DNA from: Felis catus
Lineage: Eukaryota
Assembly (NCBI RefSeq): GCF_018350175.1
Contig: NC_058368.1
Span: 84,136,001 to 84,200,000 of the forward strand
Reading direction: 5' to 3'
DNA length: 64,000 nucleotides
Under the pieces are notes generated by a model that did not search any database, was not told the origin of the DNA, and was given only the letters and a program-made list of their open reading frames with translations. Below are positions 12,715 through 25,740 of this stretch, in pieces (position 1 is the stretch's first letter; each line of letters starts with the position of its first letter). The position numbers and the translations under genes were made by a program.

Positions 12715-14624
12715 CTGGTGTTAGAGTGTGTCATACATAAAAGAGAGGCAGGATCTCCAGTGTCTGCTACAGCTCAGATTCCTACTAAGTTCTTTAGGTT
12801 AATATGCTTCCCAATAGGAGACCAGTAGAACTCTAGAGAACATTGTCTGCCTGTCCCCTCTGGCTCTCCACTGAAGCTTCTCCTAGTTAAGCACAATGGC
12901 AACACGTTCACCCCAGCCCTCCTGACCCCAGCTTTCTTTGGGTCCTAGACAGTAATATTCATCTTATTTTTCAAATGAAGAGACTAAGATGCAGAGAGCC
13001 TAGAGACCTTCCCACGATCATGTGGGTGGGAGATGGCAAAGACAAGGCCTGAGGCTGTGGGTTTTACTTCTAATGGGACCTTTTCAACCAGAGCAGGGAG
13101 CCCAGGACCAATACTGACAATGCTGGTAGGTTTCATCTCGTGGACCAGTAACTCCACACTAACAGATCTGAAGAAAGGAAGGTCCAGTGTTACAAGTGCA
13201 GGCTCTGGGAAAATCATAGGCAGTTTATTTTACTCACTCTGCAGGAAGTTTTTTCATTGTGCCTACACCCTAGACTGGGGTCATTATGGCCCTGGGCTGT
13301 CTTTCAGCATGTCTTGCTGAGCTGTTGCAACCTACTGTCCCTTCTCCACATCTTCTAGATCCCAGTCCAAGACCAGGATAGAAACAGTGTTTAGAGAGTG
13401 AAGCCTGCTTGAAGCAGGAACAAAAAGACAAAGAATAATCATCTGAATACCCATTCCCACCTTAGCCTTGAACAGGTTGCAAAATATTCTCTCCATACAT
13501 TGTCCCATTGGAACCACTGGCTGCTTTTTTCCCTTTCTTTCTATTTTGAATCTCTATAGCACAAAAGTTGTGTGACTTACTCAATTCAAGGCAAAACTAG
13601 GTAAGACCCCTTTTAGTTTTATTCTCTGATCACCCTTCATCTCCCTTCCTTTTTTCTCCATCCATATTCATCTTTCTTAGTGTATTTAATATAGATCCTT
13701 ACAATCAACCTTCCACACAGTAACTTAAATTTTCCTTGAATGATATTTAGTGTTGTGTGCATTTTTAATTTGTCAAAATATCATTGCTTTTTTAGTTTCT
13801 TACTCAGTGCTACATCCGAGATTTGTATACGCTTCTGTGTGTAAATCTAGTTCACCATTTCTTACTGTGGTAACATTTATCACCCTTGACTTCTCCTTCC
13901 CCTGAATGATGGGCATCAAGGCTCCTCCAGTAAAATTGGCATACTTGTCTCCTGATGCATTTGTGGGAGAAATTCTCTAGGCTACACATTCCAGAGTGAG
14001 ACTTCATGATTAATATTCCCATCACCAGATTGTACCAGTCTGGTTCTGCCATATCCCTGCAAGCACTAAAGCCAGAATTTTAAATTATACTAAATGATTA
14101 TGTGGTTGTATGCATTTGCTTTTCTCTGCTGATAAGTGAGGTTTGCAGAGGCTTCCTGACCTCCAATAGATTGGTCAGTTCAACCATGGAAGCTTATTTT
14201 ACTTTCCTTTTTGCAAATAGTGAATATCAGTTTCCTCTTGGTTTAGTTGAGAAAGCTTATCTTCTTCTATATTATTTCAGTGAATGGTAGTGAGGAAAAA
14301 TTCAGGCTTTTTTTTTTCTCTCAGTTCTGTGTGGATGGGAATCAAATATCATCAGGAATGAAAAATAAATGGTACAGTCTGAGTTCTATGTCATGGCAAG
14401 ATGCACAGGAGGCTTTTGGTCAGTATTAGTGTAGCAACTGGGGGCATCTCTTTTTGCAGTAGGGTTGAGAACTTTTCAGAGTAGAAGGTCTACATTACTC
14501 CAATCTTTAGACCACATTTCTCTATGTGAGAATTTTAAATATTTGCAGATTTCAGATATATGGATTACAGATCTGTCTCTATCAAATTATGACAAAACTC
14601 CTCTGTCAGGCCTTTAAGGTTTTT

Positions 14625-15320
14625 TTTTAATTGTCATAAAATTTACCCCTTAACCATTTTTAATCATTATCCTATACAATTGAGTGGAATTAAGTACATT
14701 TACAATGTTGTGCAACTATCACTACTATCCATTTACATAATTTTTTCATCACCTCAAACAGAAACTATACCATTAAGCAATAACTTCTGATTCTTCAATT
14801 TTCCTAGCTCCTGGCAATCACCATTCTACTGTCTGTCTCTATGAATTTGACCACTCTAGATAGTTTATGTAAATGGAATCATAGAATAGTTGTCCTTTTG
14901 TGCCTGGTTTATTTCGCTTAGTATAATGTTTTCAGGGTTCATCCATGTTGTAACATGTATCAGAGTTTCATTCCTTTTCAAGGATAAATAATATCCATTG
15001 TATGTATTTACTATGTTTTGTTTATCCTTTCATCTTTTGATGGACCTTTAAGCTGTTTCCACCTTTGGACTATTGTGAATAACAATGCTATGAACATTTA
15101 CATACACATATCTGTTTGAGCGCCTGCTTTTAATTCTTTTGGGTATATACTCAGAACTGGAATTTCTGGATTATATAGTAACTGTCAAACTGGTTTCCAC
15201 AGGGGCTACACCATTTTACATTTCCACCAGCAAGGCACAAAGGGTTCCAATTTTTTCCCATTCTTTTTAAAAAAACATTTCATTTTATTTTTTTTAAGAG
15301 AGAGAGAAAGTGAGGGAAAG

Positions 15321-15360
<40 letters not shown>

Positions 15361-16635
15361 CTCAAGCAGACTCCATGCTCAGTGTAGAGCCTAACATAGG
15401 CTTGAACCCATGGCCCTGGGATCATTACCTGAGCCCAAATCAAAAGTCAAGCACTCAACTGAGCCACCAAGGTGCCCCAACTTTTTCATGTTCTTACCAA
15501 CACTTGCTATTTTCTCTTCATAATAGTCATCTTAATGGATGCAAAGTGGCATCTCATTGTGACTTCGGCTTGCACTTCTTTAATAACTGGTGATGTTGAG
15601 CATCCTTTCATGTACTTACTGGCCATATGTACATCTTTAGCGAAATCTCCAGACCCTGTGCCCATTTTTTAAATAAGGTTGGTTTCTGTTGTAGTTTCTA
15701 TGTTACTATTGTTGAGTAATGAGAATTCTTTATATATTCTGGATGTTAATACCTTATCACATATGTGATTGGCAAACACTTTCTCCCTTTCCAAGGGTTG
15801 CCTTTTCACTCTGTTGATAGAGTGCTTTTAATGCACTAAGTGTGCTTAGTTTTTATAAAGTCCAACATATCTACTTTTTCTCTTGTTGCCTATGGTTTTT
15901 ATATCATAACCAAGAAATCATTGCTAAATCCAATATCATTAAGATTTCCCTCTATGTTTTCTTCTATGAGATTTATAGTTTTAGCATGGTCCTTAATCCA
16001 TATTGACATAATTTTTGCATACAATGTAAGGAAAGAGTCCAGGGGTGCCTGAATGGCTCAGTCGGTTAAGCATCCGACTTTGGCCTATGTCATGATTTCA
16101 CAGTTTGTGAGTTTGAGACTGCATCGAGCTATGTGCTGAAAGCTCAGAGCCTGCTTCGGATTCTGTCTCCCTCTCTCTCTGCCCCTCCCCCACTCATGTT
16201 GTCTCTAGCTCTCATTAATAAATAAACTTATAAAAAAATTTAAAAAAAACAAAAAAAGGAGAGTCCAACTTCATTTTGTTACATGTGGATATCTATTTTT
16301 TTAAATATTATTTGTAGAAAAAACTATCCTTTTCTCATTCAATGAGTCTTGACACGCTTGTTAAAAATAAATTGATTATGTACTGGAGGGTATATTTCTC
16401 AACTCTATTCTATTCCAATGTTCTATATGTCTGTCGTTATGCCAGTACAAAACTATTTCGATTATAGCTTTCTAGTAAGTTTCAAAATAAAAAGTGTGAG
16501 AGTTTCACCTTTGATCTTTATCAAGATTGTTTATGGAATACTTTGGGTTTCATGTGGATTTGGGGATGGGTTTTGATGGGTTTTTCTATTTCTACAAAAA
16601 AAATGCCATTGTGATTTTTATAGGGATTTCATTGA
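14625..16635 (-). mobile_element. Older L1 3' region (L1MA/MB-like), with Can-SINEs at ~15265-15478 (-) and ~16042-16257 (+); a further SINE follows at ~16640-16828 (-)
   Basis: Antisense L1 3'UTR/ORF2 text (CATCCATGTTGTA, GCTATGAACATT, GATGTTGAGCATC). Confidence 0.85.
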
Positions 16636-19600
16636 TTCATTTTTTTAATGTTTATTTATTTACATTTGAGAGAGAGAGAGACCAGGGGAGGAGCAGAGAG
16701 AGAGGAAACAAAAAATTCAATTACCTGTCCCCGCGCTCCCAGTATGGGGCTCAAATTCACAAACTGTGAGATCATGACCTGAGCTGAAATCAAGAGTCAG
16801 ACACTTAACTGAGCCACATAGGTGCCCTGGGATTTCATTGATTTAAAAGGCTTTGTCTGCAGGAAATAATGATCCAGAAATTATTCTTAGGCAACTAAGT
16901 TCTTTGTTTTATTCTCCCTGCTTGTGCCAAACTTGCTAAAAATTGTGGTTAGAGAAAATTTATAATAGCAAGGGATTTCACATGTGGAAGCTAGCTTCAT
17001 CCTTTTGTTTACAATTAGGAAACTGGCTGAAAAAAGTCAATGACTTTCCAGGGTATCCACTGAGTAAGTGGATTAAAATCCTTATCTCTTAATGTTCAAT
17101 ACTGAGATGTTTCATCATCATGTTTGATGAAACATCATCATAGGATGTTTCTTCAAACATTGTTGCCTTATATTCCTATATTCTTCATTTTCAAAGCATT
17201 CAAATGTAGTATTTTTTTTTTCTCTATTGATGAAAGCTCTCCACTTCTGCACCACGGGTTGAATGTAACAGGAGAATTGTAGATTGGGATTTGATATTGC
17301 TGGATTTGGCTTATATTTCCAGTGAGGTAAGGATAGAGGTGATGTGCATACAGAATTGTGGTTATCACGCAGAAGAAACCAGACAGAGGAACATCATGAG
17401 GAATACTGAGAAAACACTTGGTGAGTGTAGGGCAGCTGCTCCACCATGGCAACCTGAAAACCTTTCATGTATCCACTCCATACAGTGTGTCTGAGCTGAG
17501 TCTTAGCAGAACATCTCATGACCCTCCTATAGCAAGAGAATGTGGGAGTCCTATGGGAAGCTGCTTTGAGGTGGTCTCTCAACCACCTCCCCACTTTCCC
17601 TGGGAGGTTGTCACAAGATGGTTTCTCATTACTTTTCCATTTTTGAAATGGTCCAAGGTCTCCAGTAACACCCTCTTTAGGGTACATCTGCAGATTGGCA
17701 TGGGCCCCTCAGCAGCAGAGTGCCTTGTTATTCAAGTTGTGGTGATTAGGCTCCTATTGTTTCCTTGTCATCCTTGGAAGGGCCACAGGGAGCTGACACC
17801 TTTGGCTGATCTTTTTGCTATGTAAGTCATAAATTGAATGTAAAAAGGGCCATTTCTTTGCTGGCTAAACCTGCCAGTCCTGGTCCTTCCTTGTCCTTGA
17901 CAGTTAGAAACCATGACCCATTCACTCATTATTTAGCAAATCCCAGAACTCTTAACCTGGGAGTTCTCCTTACTTATTAGAAAGGGTAGTTTTAAACCTA
18001 AATTATGCATATTCCTCAAGCAGGCCCAAGAAGTATTGAGATAGATAGCAGGGTTTCTAGAGCCACGTGGAGTTTTTAAGGCACTCCAAATATTTTACAC
18101 ATAAGGCTTCACTCTGGCAAAAAAGCATTACCTGCTCTTCCCCTTGGAGGTTCTGGGTATACTTTCATAGAAACTCTACCTTAGAGAAGAGGACTTGTTA
18201 GGTACGAAAACTCTCAGAAGTGTTTTTACTTACAGTGATGTGATGCCAAAAAAGATGGTGAGGAACTTTTCCAAGACATAAGAGGTTATCCCTTTACAGT
18301 GGTGATGAAGGTGTGCAGGCCATTCTTACATTCAGAGTGCATCACAGAACCATCCATCCCAGCCCCGAGATTTCTGAAGTAGGTTTCATGCCCAGTGCAG
18401 AGCCCAGTGTGGGACTTGAACTCACAACTCTGAGACCAAGAACTGAGCTGAGATCAAGAGTCCCACGCTTAGCTGACTGGGCCGCCCAGGTGTCCATGTT
18501 GTGTTTTTTTTAATCATTCCCTTACAGTGCGTGTGTCTGTGTATGTGTGTGTGTTTGTGTGAGTGTGTTTCATTCTTTGGTTTATATGTTCTGAAAGTAA
18601 TCAAATTTTATTTTCCACTCATCTTATACGTCCAGGTAGCCTGTGGTGAGCATCTATGTCCCATCTCAAAGATTAGGGTTTTTCAAACTTTTTTTGAACC
18701 GATCCACAGTAAATACCTTACAACATAGGACAGTCATATGAGTCGCTTTATGTTTTGGTTGTATATGTTATATATATGTTTCTATCTTGCTTCCCAGGGC
18801 TACTCTTTGACCATAACTCCTCCTATCTCTTGTGGAAAACTCTATTCTTTTTGAGGATCCAACCGTTGGCTAATCCACCCTCTGCATGCCCTTGTCAACA
18901 TCAGCTATTGAGCTGATTGATATAGCGAGTATTATAGCAACTACTTACAATCTTTCTTCCCACCCAAAGTCCTACGGTGATTCTGGATATCTGATTTAGG
19001 ATCCTTATGAGTTTTCCACCAAATATCCCAGTCTCGAGTGATCTTTATAATTCACTTCAGTCATTGCCTTCCATGGTCATACTAAAGATTATGCCATGAC
19101 CAAGGATAATTTCCTTCTGAAATATTTCCTTCAGACACCTCAAATAAAATCACTGGGAGCATCCATTTTCTTAACTAACCTTGTGTATAGTATGTTCAAA
19201 TAAAGCCACCTGTCTTTCCAAATACATGGTGTTTTCAGGACTGTTCTTCCTCCTCACTACCATAAGTTCCTGCTTATCTCATGTTTCTACTTACTGCAGT
19301 TAGACTCTTAAGCCAATTTTTCCCACAAGATAGCTAGGTACTGCTATAAACAACTTTGTTCTGTGCTATTTAAGCTATACTCATCTAAAAAACAAAAACA
19401 AACAAACAAACAAACAAACAAAAAAACTCCAACCCTGCACTAAACAGTGTTCTAACTTTCTCCCAACCATACCTGGCTACCAAACTCCACTAGGGAAAAG
19501 TCACGCAGTCTTTTAGCCAATACTGGAACATTTAAATAGCCATCACATAAAGCTTCAAGTGGGAGGCTAACATTCCTTCTTCATAAGTCTTGTAGATTTT

Positions 19601-19789
19601 CCTAGTTAGAAGTCTTGTAGATTTCCTTGTAGATTTTCCTAGTCTTGAAGATTTTGTCTCCCATTCTAAAAAAGCATTACCCAGTTCCAACTTCCAATCC
19701 TACCATTTCCCAGTTCCTGTTAGATTGTACCCAAGATTCTTGATTACTCATATATACACACTGCATAACATCCTCCATATGAGGGTCAA

Positions 19790-20260
19790 CAAAGCCTGTG
19801 AGTTTGATGAGATTATCAACACTCTAATTAGGTATTAAGCAAGGTGATTATATAGTCACTCCCATGATTATGTGATGTTGTACATGACTTCATCATAGCA
19901 GACTAGAGATTATCCTGAGGCTCTGAAGAAGTCATTGGCATGTTTGAGAGTGTCACATACCTAGGACATAAGGGTGTCTTCCAAGAACTAAGAGTAACCC
20001 CTAGCCATCAGGCAAAAAGAAAACAGAGACCTCAGTCCTAGCAAGAAACCAAATTCTGCCAACAACCAGAGTTAGCTTGGAAAAGGACCCCAAACCTCGA
20101 ATGAGACTGCAACCTGATCAGTACCTTGATTTCACCCCAGTAAGGACCCAGCTAACTGGTGCTGGACTCTTGCTTACAGAAACTGTGAGATAATAAATGT
20201 ATATTGTTTTAGGCCACTAAACTTGAAATGATTTCTAAACAGCAATAGAAAACTAGTACA
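19790..20260 (+). mobile_element. MaLR MLT1-type LTR
   Basis: 3' end AACTGTGAGATAATAAATG...GCCACTAA...CAGCAATAGAAAACTAGTACA. Confidence 0.8.
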
Positions 20261-20675
20261 GAAGACTTAACTTCTACTTTATCGGAGCACAAACCAGCCA
20301 AAGGAATCTTTTTTTTTTTGTTTGTTTAACTTATTTCCACTTACTTTCAACTTTCACTTTTCCTCCTCTGTCCCATATCCTATTTAAATAAAAGGCACAC
20401 TTCTCATACTCCTTACAGGCTTTCTCAAATACTTAAACATGCCCTCATCTGTCTTAGTTTAACACAAATTCCTTAAATCCCAATTCTCCATCCAGTTTCC
20501 TCCCTTTATTTAAGACACAGTCAAGATTTCTAAATTTGGGACAACCTAGAGTCAACATATTCCCATTATGGAATATATGTACATAAAATTGTAGCACATA
20601 TTTGCCATACTGAGGTAAATTTGTGAGGCTGCTTATAGGTGGAGATGACTTGTTTAAGTGTACCACACATCCCTG

Positions 20676-20863
20676 GCAGTGGTCCTCCATGTGTGTTTCC
20701 TTAATAAGAAGCATCAGCATCACCTGGAAACTTGTTAAAAATGCAAAATCTGGGGTCCTATTCTGGAACTGTTTAGTAAAACTCTGGAATCAGGGCCCAA
20801 CAGCCTGTGTTTAACAAGCTCTTCAAGTGAGTCTGATAAATCAAGTTTGATTTTGAGTAAACC
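20676..20863. mobile_element. MER5-like hAT-Charlie MITE
   Basis: CAGCATCACCTGGAAACTTGTTAAAAATGCA...TTTAACAAGC motif. Confidence 0.75.
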
Positions 20864-22399
20864 CAGATTTGGGGCAGTGAGAGAGGGAGAGGATTGGTAT
20901 CCCCCCTTATCTGTAACCCATTTTTAGTACACTGTTTGAGAAGCACCAGACCACTGAAATTATTATTGCTGTAATTACCAGTAATTATCAGATCCAAGGG
21001 ACACAAATTAGTTCCAAATTAGGCACATTTTAAGTATTCCATATTTGTCATAAGAGATTAACCTGGTTCAGTTTAGCTCCTAAGAGTTTTGTGATGGGTG
21101 AAAACAAAAAAAAAGGGCTGGAAATTTGAACTCATGATGGACTTCTTTCTGGAAGGAAACAGTCTCCATTCTCCTTATTTGCTATGTTCTCTGGCTCACC
21201 AATAGAGATATTCACTAATCCTTCTTGGTCATCTTTTAAAAGAAATAAACATCCTTGAATATGTATGTAGTACATGTTACCTATAATATAATAGGAATCA
21301 TTAGATGTTGTAGTTCTTGGATTGAATGTAGATAATGATGTTTAAATATCAAATGGCTGTTGGGATTATTAAGGGTCCAGAAAAAGTATGCTGAGAGGAG
21401 GATCTCAGGGGGGACATGACAAATGTTGGCAATGTTGGAAATATGCTTTGATGCCTAACAAAGATCACCAGGAACACATTTGTAGCCAACAAGGGTAGGT
21501 TTATTTATTACTTTCTGCAACAAGGAACACAGTCACCACAAGGAACCATGGGAAGTCTCACAAAGGATGAATTAAGGATAGAGTATTAATAGAGTTATTT
21601 GTAGGAGTTAGTCATAGGACAGTAGATTGATCTGAGTTTGGAAACCAGAGAATTGCTGACACCGTAAACAATCATATCTTTAGAACACTTGTATACAGTT
21701 ACTGCTAGATTTGTTTGTGTTATCTTGAAATACATGGATCTGAACTCAGTGGTGTTAAAAAGACCTTGAGCTTGGATACTCACTGACAGTCATGATGTTT
21801 TGAGACAGTGTATCTGCTTTGCAAGTCATAGTGCAGTCCATTTTCAAAAACTCTGTTTTTTTCTTCAAGTGGTTTTCCCCTAATAACCTGACAGGTGGGC
21901 AATTTTCCACTTTATTACATGTGTATTGGAAAACTGTGCCCAGAATACCTGGGGACTTATCTGAGTAAAGCCAGACCTATGAAAATGGTGAGGTATGGAG
22001 ATCATAGACACTAAAATCCAATTTACAGTTAATTACAGGTTTCTTGGGGGATTGGAACAGAAAGAAGTTAGGACAATAACAAAGTGAAGTGAAGAAACAA
22101 CCAATGGGACAAGTGGAGCCAACTATCAAACTCTTTAATCACAGTCAATGTAATGGTCAGATACCAAGTTGGGATGAGGCGGTGCCCGGTCTCTTGATAT
22201 GAGAATGAATCCAGCAGGCCTCAACTAGACTTGGAGTCTGGACTGGCACTGACCCTCCTATGTCCTCATTACCCTATGATGATCTGTCAGTCTCAATAAA
22301 TCATTTGATTCCAGTCTTACTAGGTAGTCTCACCTGAAATTTTTGTATTTCCTCTCTTCATTTATTACACATAGAGTTTCTACTCATAAAATGCTAAAG

Positions 22400-22885
22400 A
22401 GGCTCTTTACAGTAGCTATTAACCATATGTGACAAGTGCTTCTAAGGACCTGATTTTTTATTTTATTTATTTAGTTTAAATTTAAAAATGAACACTTTAC
22501 TCAGTGACTGGGAAAATTTTTAGTATGTTTCAAGCATCTTCAGCATGTGAATCTCCCTTTCAACCATAAATTTTACAAGATCAAAATACAGATTAAGGAT
22601 TTCCCCTGAAAATTAAATGCTCCCATGAAAATTGAAATGTTTTCTATGTGTAAAATACTGAACTTTGAAGACTTAGCACAAAAGGAAAGAAGTTTAAACT
22701 ATTTCACTAGTATTTTATATTTGATCACATATTGAAATGGTAATATTTTGGACATATAGGGTTAAATAAAATATATTATTAAAGTTCATTTCACTTGTTT
22801 CTTTTTACTTTTCTTAGTGAAGCTACTGGAAAATTTTAACATACAAGTGTGGCTTACATTGCATTTCCATCAGACCCTGCTGGTC
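22400..22885. mobile_element. hAT-Charlie (Charlie1/MER33-like) fragment
   Basis: AATATTTTGGA.ATA..GGGTTAAATAAAATATATTATTAAA motif. Confidence 0.65.
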
Positions 22886-23014
22886 TAGATTACCAAAAGT
22901 CCAGTGGGATATTTACCTTAGAAATTTTATATTTTCTCCCTTGTAAGGTGGTATCTACTGCTTCACTTAATATTTTATGTATCGTCACTTTAAAAAAAAA
23001 AAATTTATGGGTAT

Positions 23015-23105
23015 TGAGAGGGCACCTGTTGGAATGAGCACTGGGTGTTGTATGGAAACCAATTTGACAATAAATTTCATATTTAAAATAAATAAACAAA
23101 AAAAT
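23015..23105 (+). mobile_element. Very short felid L1 3' tail
   Basis: Same terminal sequence as 5490-5568, plus an A-rich tail. Confidence 0.8.
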
Positions 23106-23383
23106 TTCTTTTTTGAAAATAAAGTTAAAAGCTCTCCTTTCTTACTAAAGAGAAGAAACAAGAAGTGGTCCAAGTGCTCAAACATAGTCTGATGGGAAAC
23201 AGGAGTGAAAATGTTGGAGAGACCTGGAGTGAGAGTTAAAGCATTAGTAATGGCAAATCCTATTCAGGGACCGCTGTCTGGGAGTTAGGAATTTTATTGT
23301 GTGATTGTGTGAAACTAGAGTGCAGGCAAAGGCACAGTAGATCAAATCAATATGATAGCTCCAGAATTTGGGCTATTTAAGTT

Positions 23384-23595
23384 TATTTTTTAATGTTTTA
23401 TTTATTTTTGAGACAGAGAGAGACAGAACATAAGCAGGGGAGGGACAGAGAGAGAGCGAGACACAGAATCCGAAGCAGGCTCCAGGCTCTGAGATGTCAG
23501 CACAGAACCCGATGCGGGGCTCGAACCCACAAACCATGAGATCATGACCTGAGACGAAGTGGGACGCTTAACTGACTGAGCCAGCCAGGCGCCTC
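23384..23595 (-). mobile_element. Can-SINE
   Basis: TSD TGGGCTATTTAAGTTT. Confidence 0.93.
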
Positions 23596-23707
23596 TGGGC
23601 TATTTAAGTTTAAATTAATTAAAATTAAATGTTCAGTTTCCCATTCTAACTAGCCACATTCCAAGTATGCGATTACTTGATTACTTCAAGAACCAAGTGG
23701 GTTACTT

Positions 23708-24175
23708 GTATTATTTTTCTAGGGCTACTGTAACAAAGTACCAGAGCCTGAGTTACTTAAAACAATGGAAATGTACTCTCTCATAGTTCTAGGGGCCAGC
23801 AGTGTGAAATTGGTTTTGGCAGGCTGTAGGGGAGAATCTGTTTCTTGCCTCTTCCAGCTTCTAGTTGCTGTCAGACAACTAGGTTGGTTGTGGGGACATT
23901 ACTTGGCTTGTGGGGATATTACTACAACCTCTGGTTCCATGGTCTCATAGCCTCCATTTTTCTGTGTCTTCTCTTTTGTTTGTCTCAAAACTCTCTCTGC
24001 TTCTCTGTATAAAGATACACGTGATTGGATTTAGGCCCACCCAGATAATCTAGATAATATTCCTCTTCAAGATCTTTAACTTATTTACATCTTTTGCCAT
24101 ATAAAGTAGTCTTCACAGGTTCTAGAGATTTGTATGTGGACATATCTTTGGGGCCACAATTCAACCCATTATAAT
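23708..24175 (-). mobile_element. MaLR MLT1-type LTR
   Basis: Begins GGGCTACTGTAACAAAGTACCA...TTAAAACAA...CATAGTTCTAG; ends ATTCAACCCA. Confidence 0.8.
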
Positions 24176-24359
24176 ATGTATTGGCACAAATATATAACAT
24201 TTTCATCATTGAAGAAATTTATTTTTCACAGGAGGAGAGTTAGAGGAGAGTTATGAATCAAGAGTCAAAACACTTGATAAATTGTCAGAAGTAACCCAGT
24301 AGCTGGTGAATCTGTCACAAAGAATTAAGGCAGTAGAGGCAAATGTCGAAGGAATGTGA

Positions 24360-24740
24360 GTATTTTAATTATAGTAAAAAAATAAATAAACACATAAAAT
24401 TTTCCAACTTAATCATTTTTAAGTGTGTGTACAGCCCTGTTAATTATATGCACATACTTATACAACAGATCCCCAGAACTTTTTTATCTTTCAAAATTGA
24501 AATTCTATACCTCTTGAATAACTCCTCTTTCTCATCTCTCCTAGCCGCTGTCAATCACCATTTTACTTTGTTCCTAAGAGTCTGACCACTTCAGTACCTC
24601 ATATAAATGGAGTCAAGCTGTATTTATCTTTTTGTGACAGAATTTCTTTTTTAAGGCTGCATAATATTCCATTGTGTGTGTGTATACCAAATTTTGCTTA
24701 CCTATTCATCCTTCAGTGAGCATTTAGGTTGCTCCCACAA
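24360..24740 (-). mobile_element. Old L1 3' end fragment
   Basis: Antisense L1 3'UTR text. Confidence 0.7.
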
Positions 24741-25169
24741 AGAAGTTGGGTTTCTGCAGCTGCTGCAAAAGCAAGTCCTGAAAACATAGATGAGAGAACA
24801 GCATAGTTATTCTCAAAACAGTTATTCAACACATACTGACAGTGCATTTATGTCCTAGATGCAGTGCTAGGGAGTCAAGATACAGTGAATCACACATGTG
24901 CACAAAATCTCTGACACTCAAAGTGCTCAGAACCGGGTTTCACTGTCAAGGAGGTTTGGCACGGGTTAGAAAATGTTCTGAGGTGCCAGAATCACTCCAG
25001 ATGCATTGATCACTTGGAGGGGAGGTTGGCAGCTCTGGTCAGAGATTTAAGCATCTAGATACCTTCTCCTCAGAGTTTTTTAGAGTAGGTAAGGAAGGTG
25101 CTTGAACACCACAGAACCAGGAAAACAAGTATTCCAGTCTTTCTGGGTTTTCCCAATTGTTTGAACTGC

Positions 25170-25370
25170 GGAACCGTCTATCAGACATTTTCCTGTCACG
25201 TGGGACCTCAAGTATCAGCATCTCATTGGCCAGGACTCTGGGTGGGCGGGAAGACCAGGAGAGAACAATGGGGATGGGCCAAGTGGGAAGCGGAGGCTGT
25301 GCTCACACGCATGCGTAGTGCCCTTGTGCTGACCGCAGGAAGAGCTGTGTCCTGGATCGCCGCAGCGGGT
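25170..25370 (+). promoter_or_regulatory. Probable promoter and non-coding first exon of the + strand LU gene
   Basis: Local CpG enrichment. GTCACGTG E-box (~25195), inverted CCAAT (25225-25229), GC box GGGCGG (25244-25249), NRF1-like palindrome ACGCATGCGT (25307-25316). Lies 300-500 nt upstream of the acceptor at 25651. Confidence 0.6.
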
Positions 25371-25673
25371 GTGGGTGTGGGGTACCTGTGTGCTGGCTTG
25401 CCTGGCTACACAGCCAACCTGCATTCCGTGGAAACTGGCAGATAGGCCAGTATCTGCCTCAGGCTTGCAAGGATAGGCCATTTCAGAGTCACAGGTACCT
25501 CCAAGACCCAATCTCGTGGCAGTCCACTTGGCTCTAAGGGGCTGAAAAGGCTTCACAGGTGCCGGAAGGGCCCTTTGGGTGAACGGCGAGCCTGGGTGTC
25601 CCGGCTATAGCTTCCCACAGACCTTGACTGACTGGCTCTCGTTTTTCACAGAGAACAGATCGTGGCCTCAGCC

Positions 25674-25740
25674 ATGAGCCCAGCAACTTCAAGCAGTCTC
25701 TTCTTGGCCTGCAGCCTAGCATTGGCACCATTGTTTGCAG
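25674..25740 (+). CDS. LYPD9: LU (Ly6/uPAR)-domain gene, first coding exon: signal peptide MSPATSSSLFLACSLALAPLFA
   Basis: GCCATGA start context and a hydrophobic signal peptide. Phase-1 donor CAG|GTGAGA at 25740/25741; upstream acceptor TTTTTCACAG at 25651. Splices in frame to 38844. The symbol comes from recalled family/synteny and is less certain than the gene structure. Confidence 0.8.
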
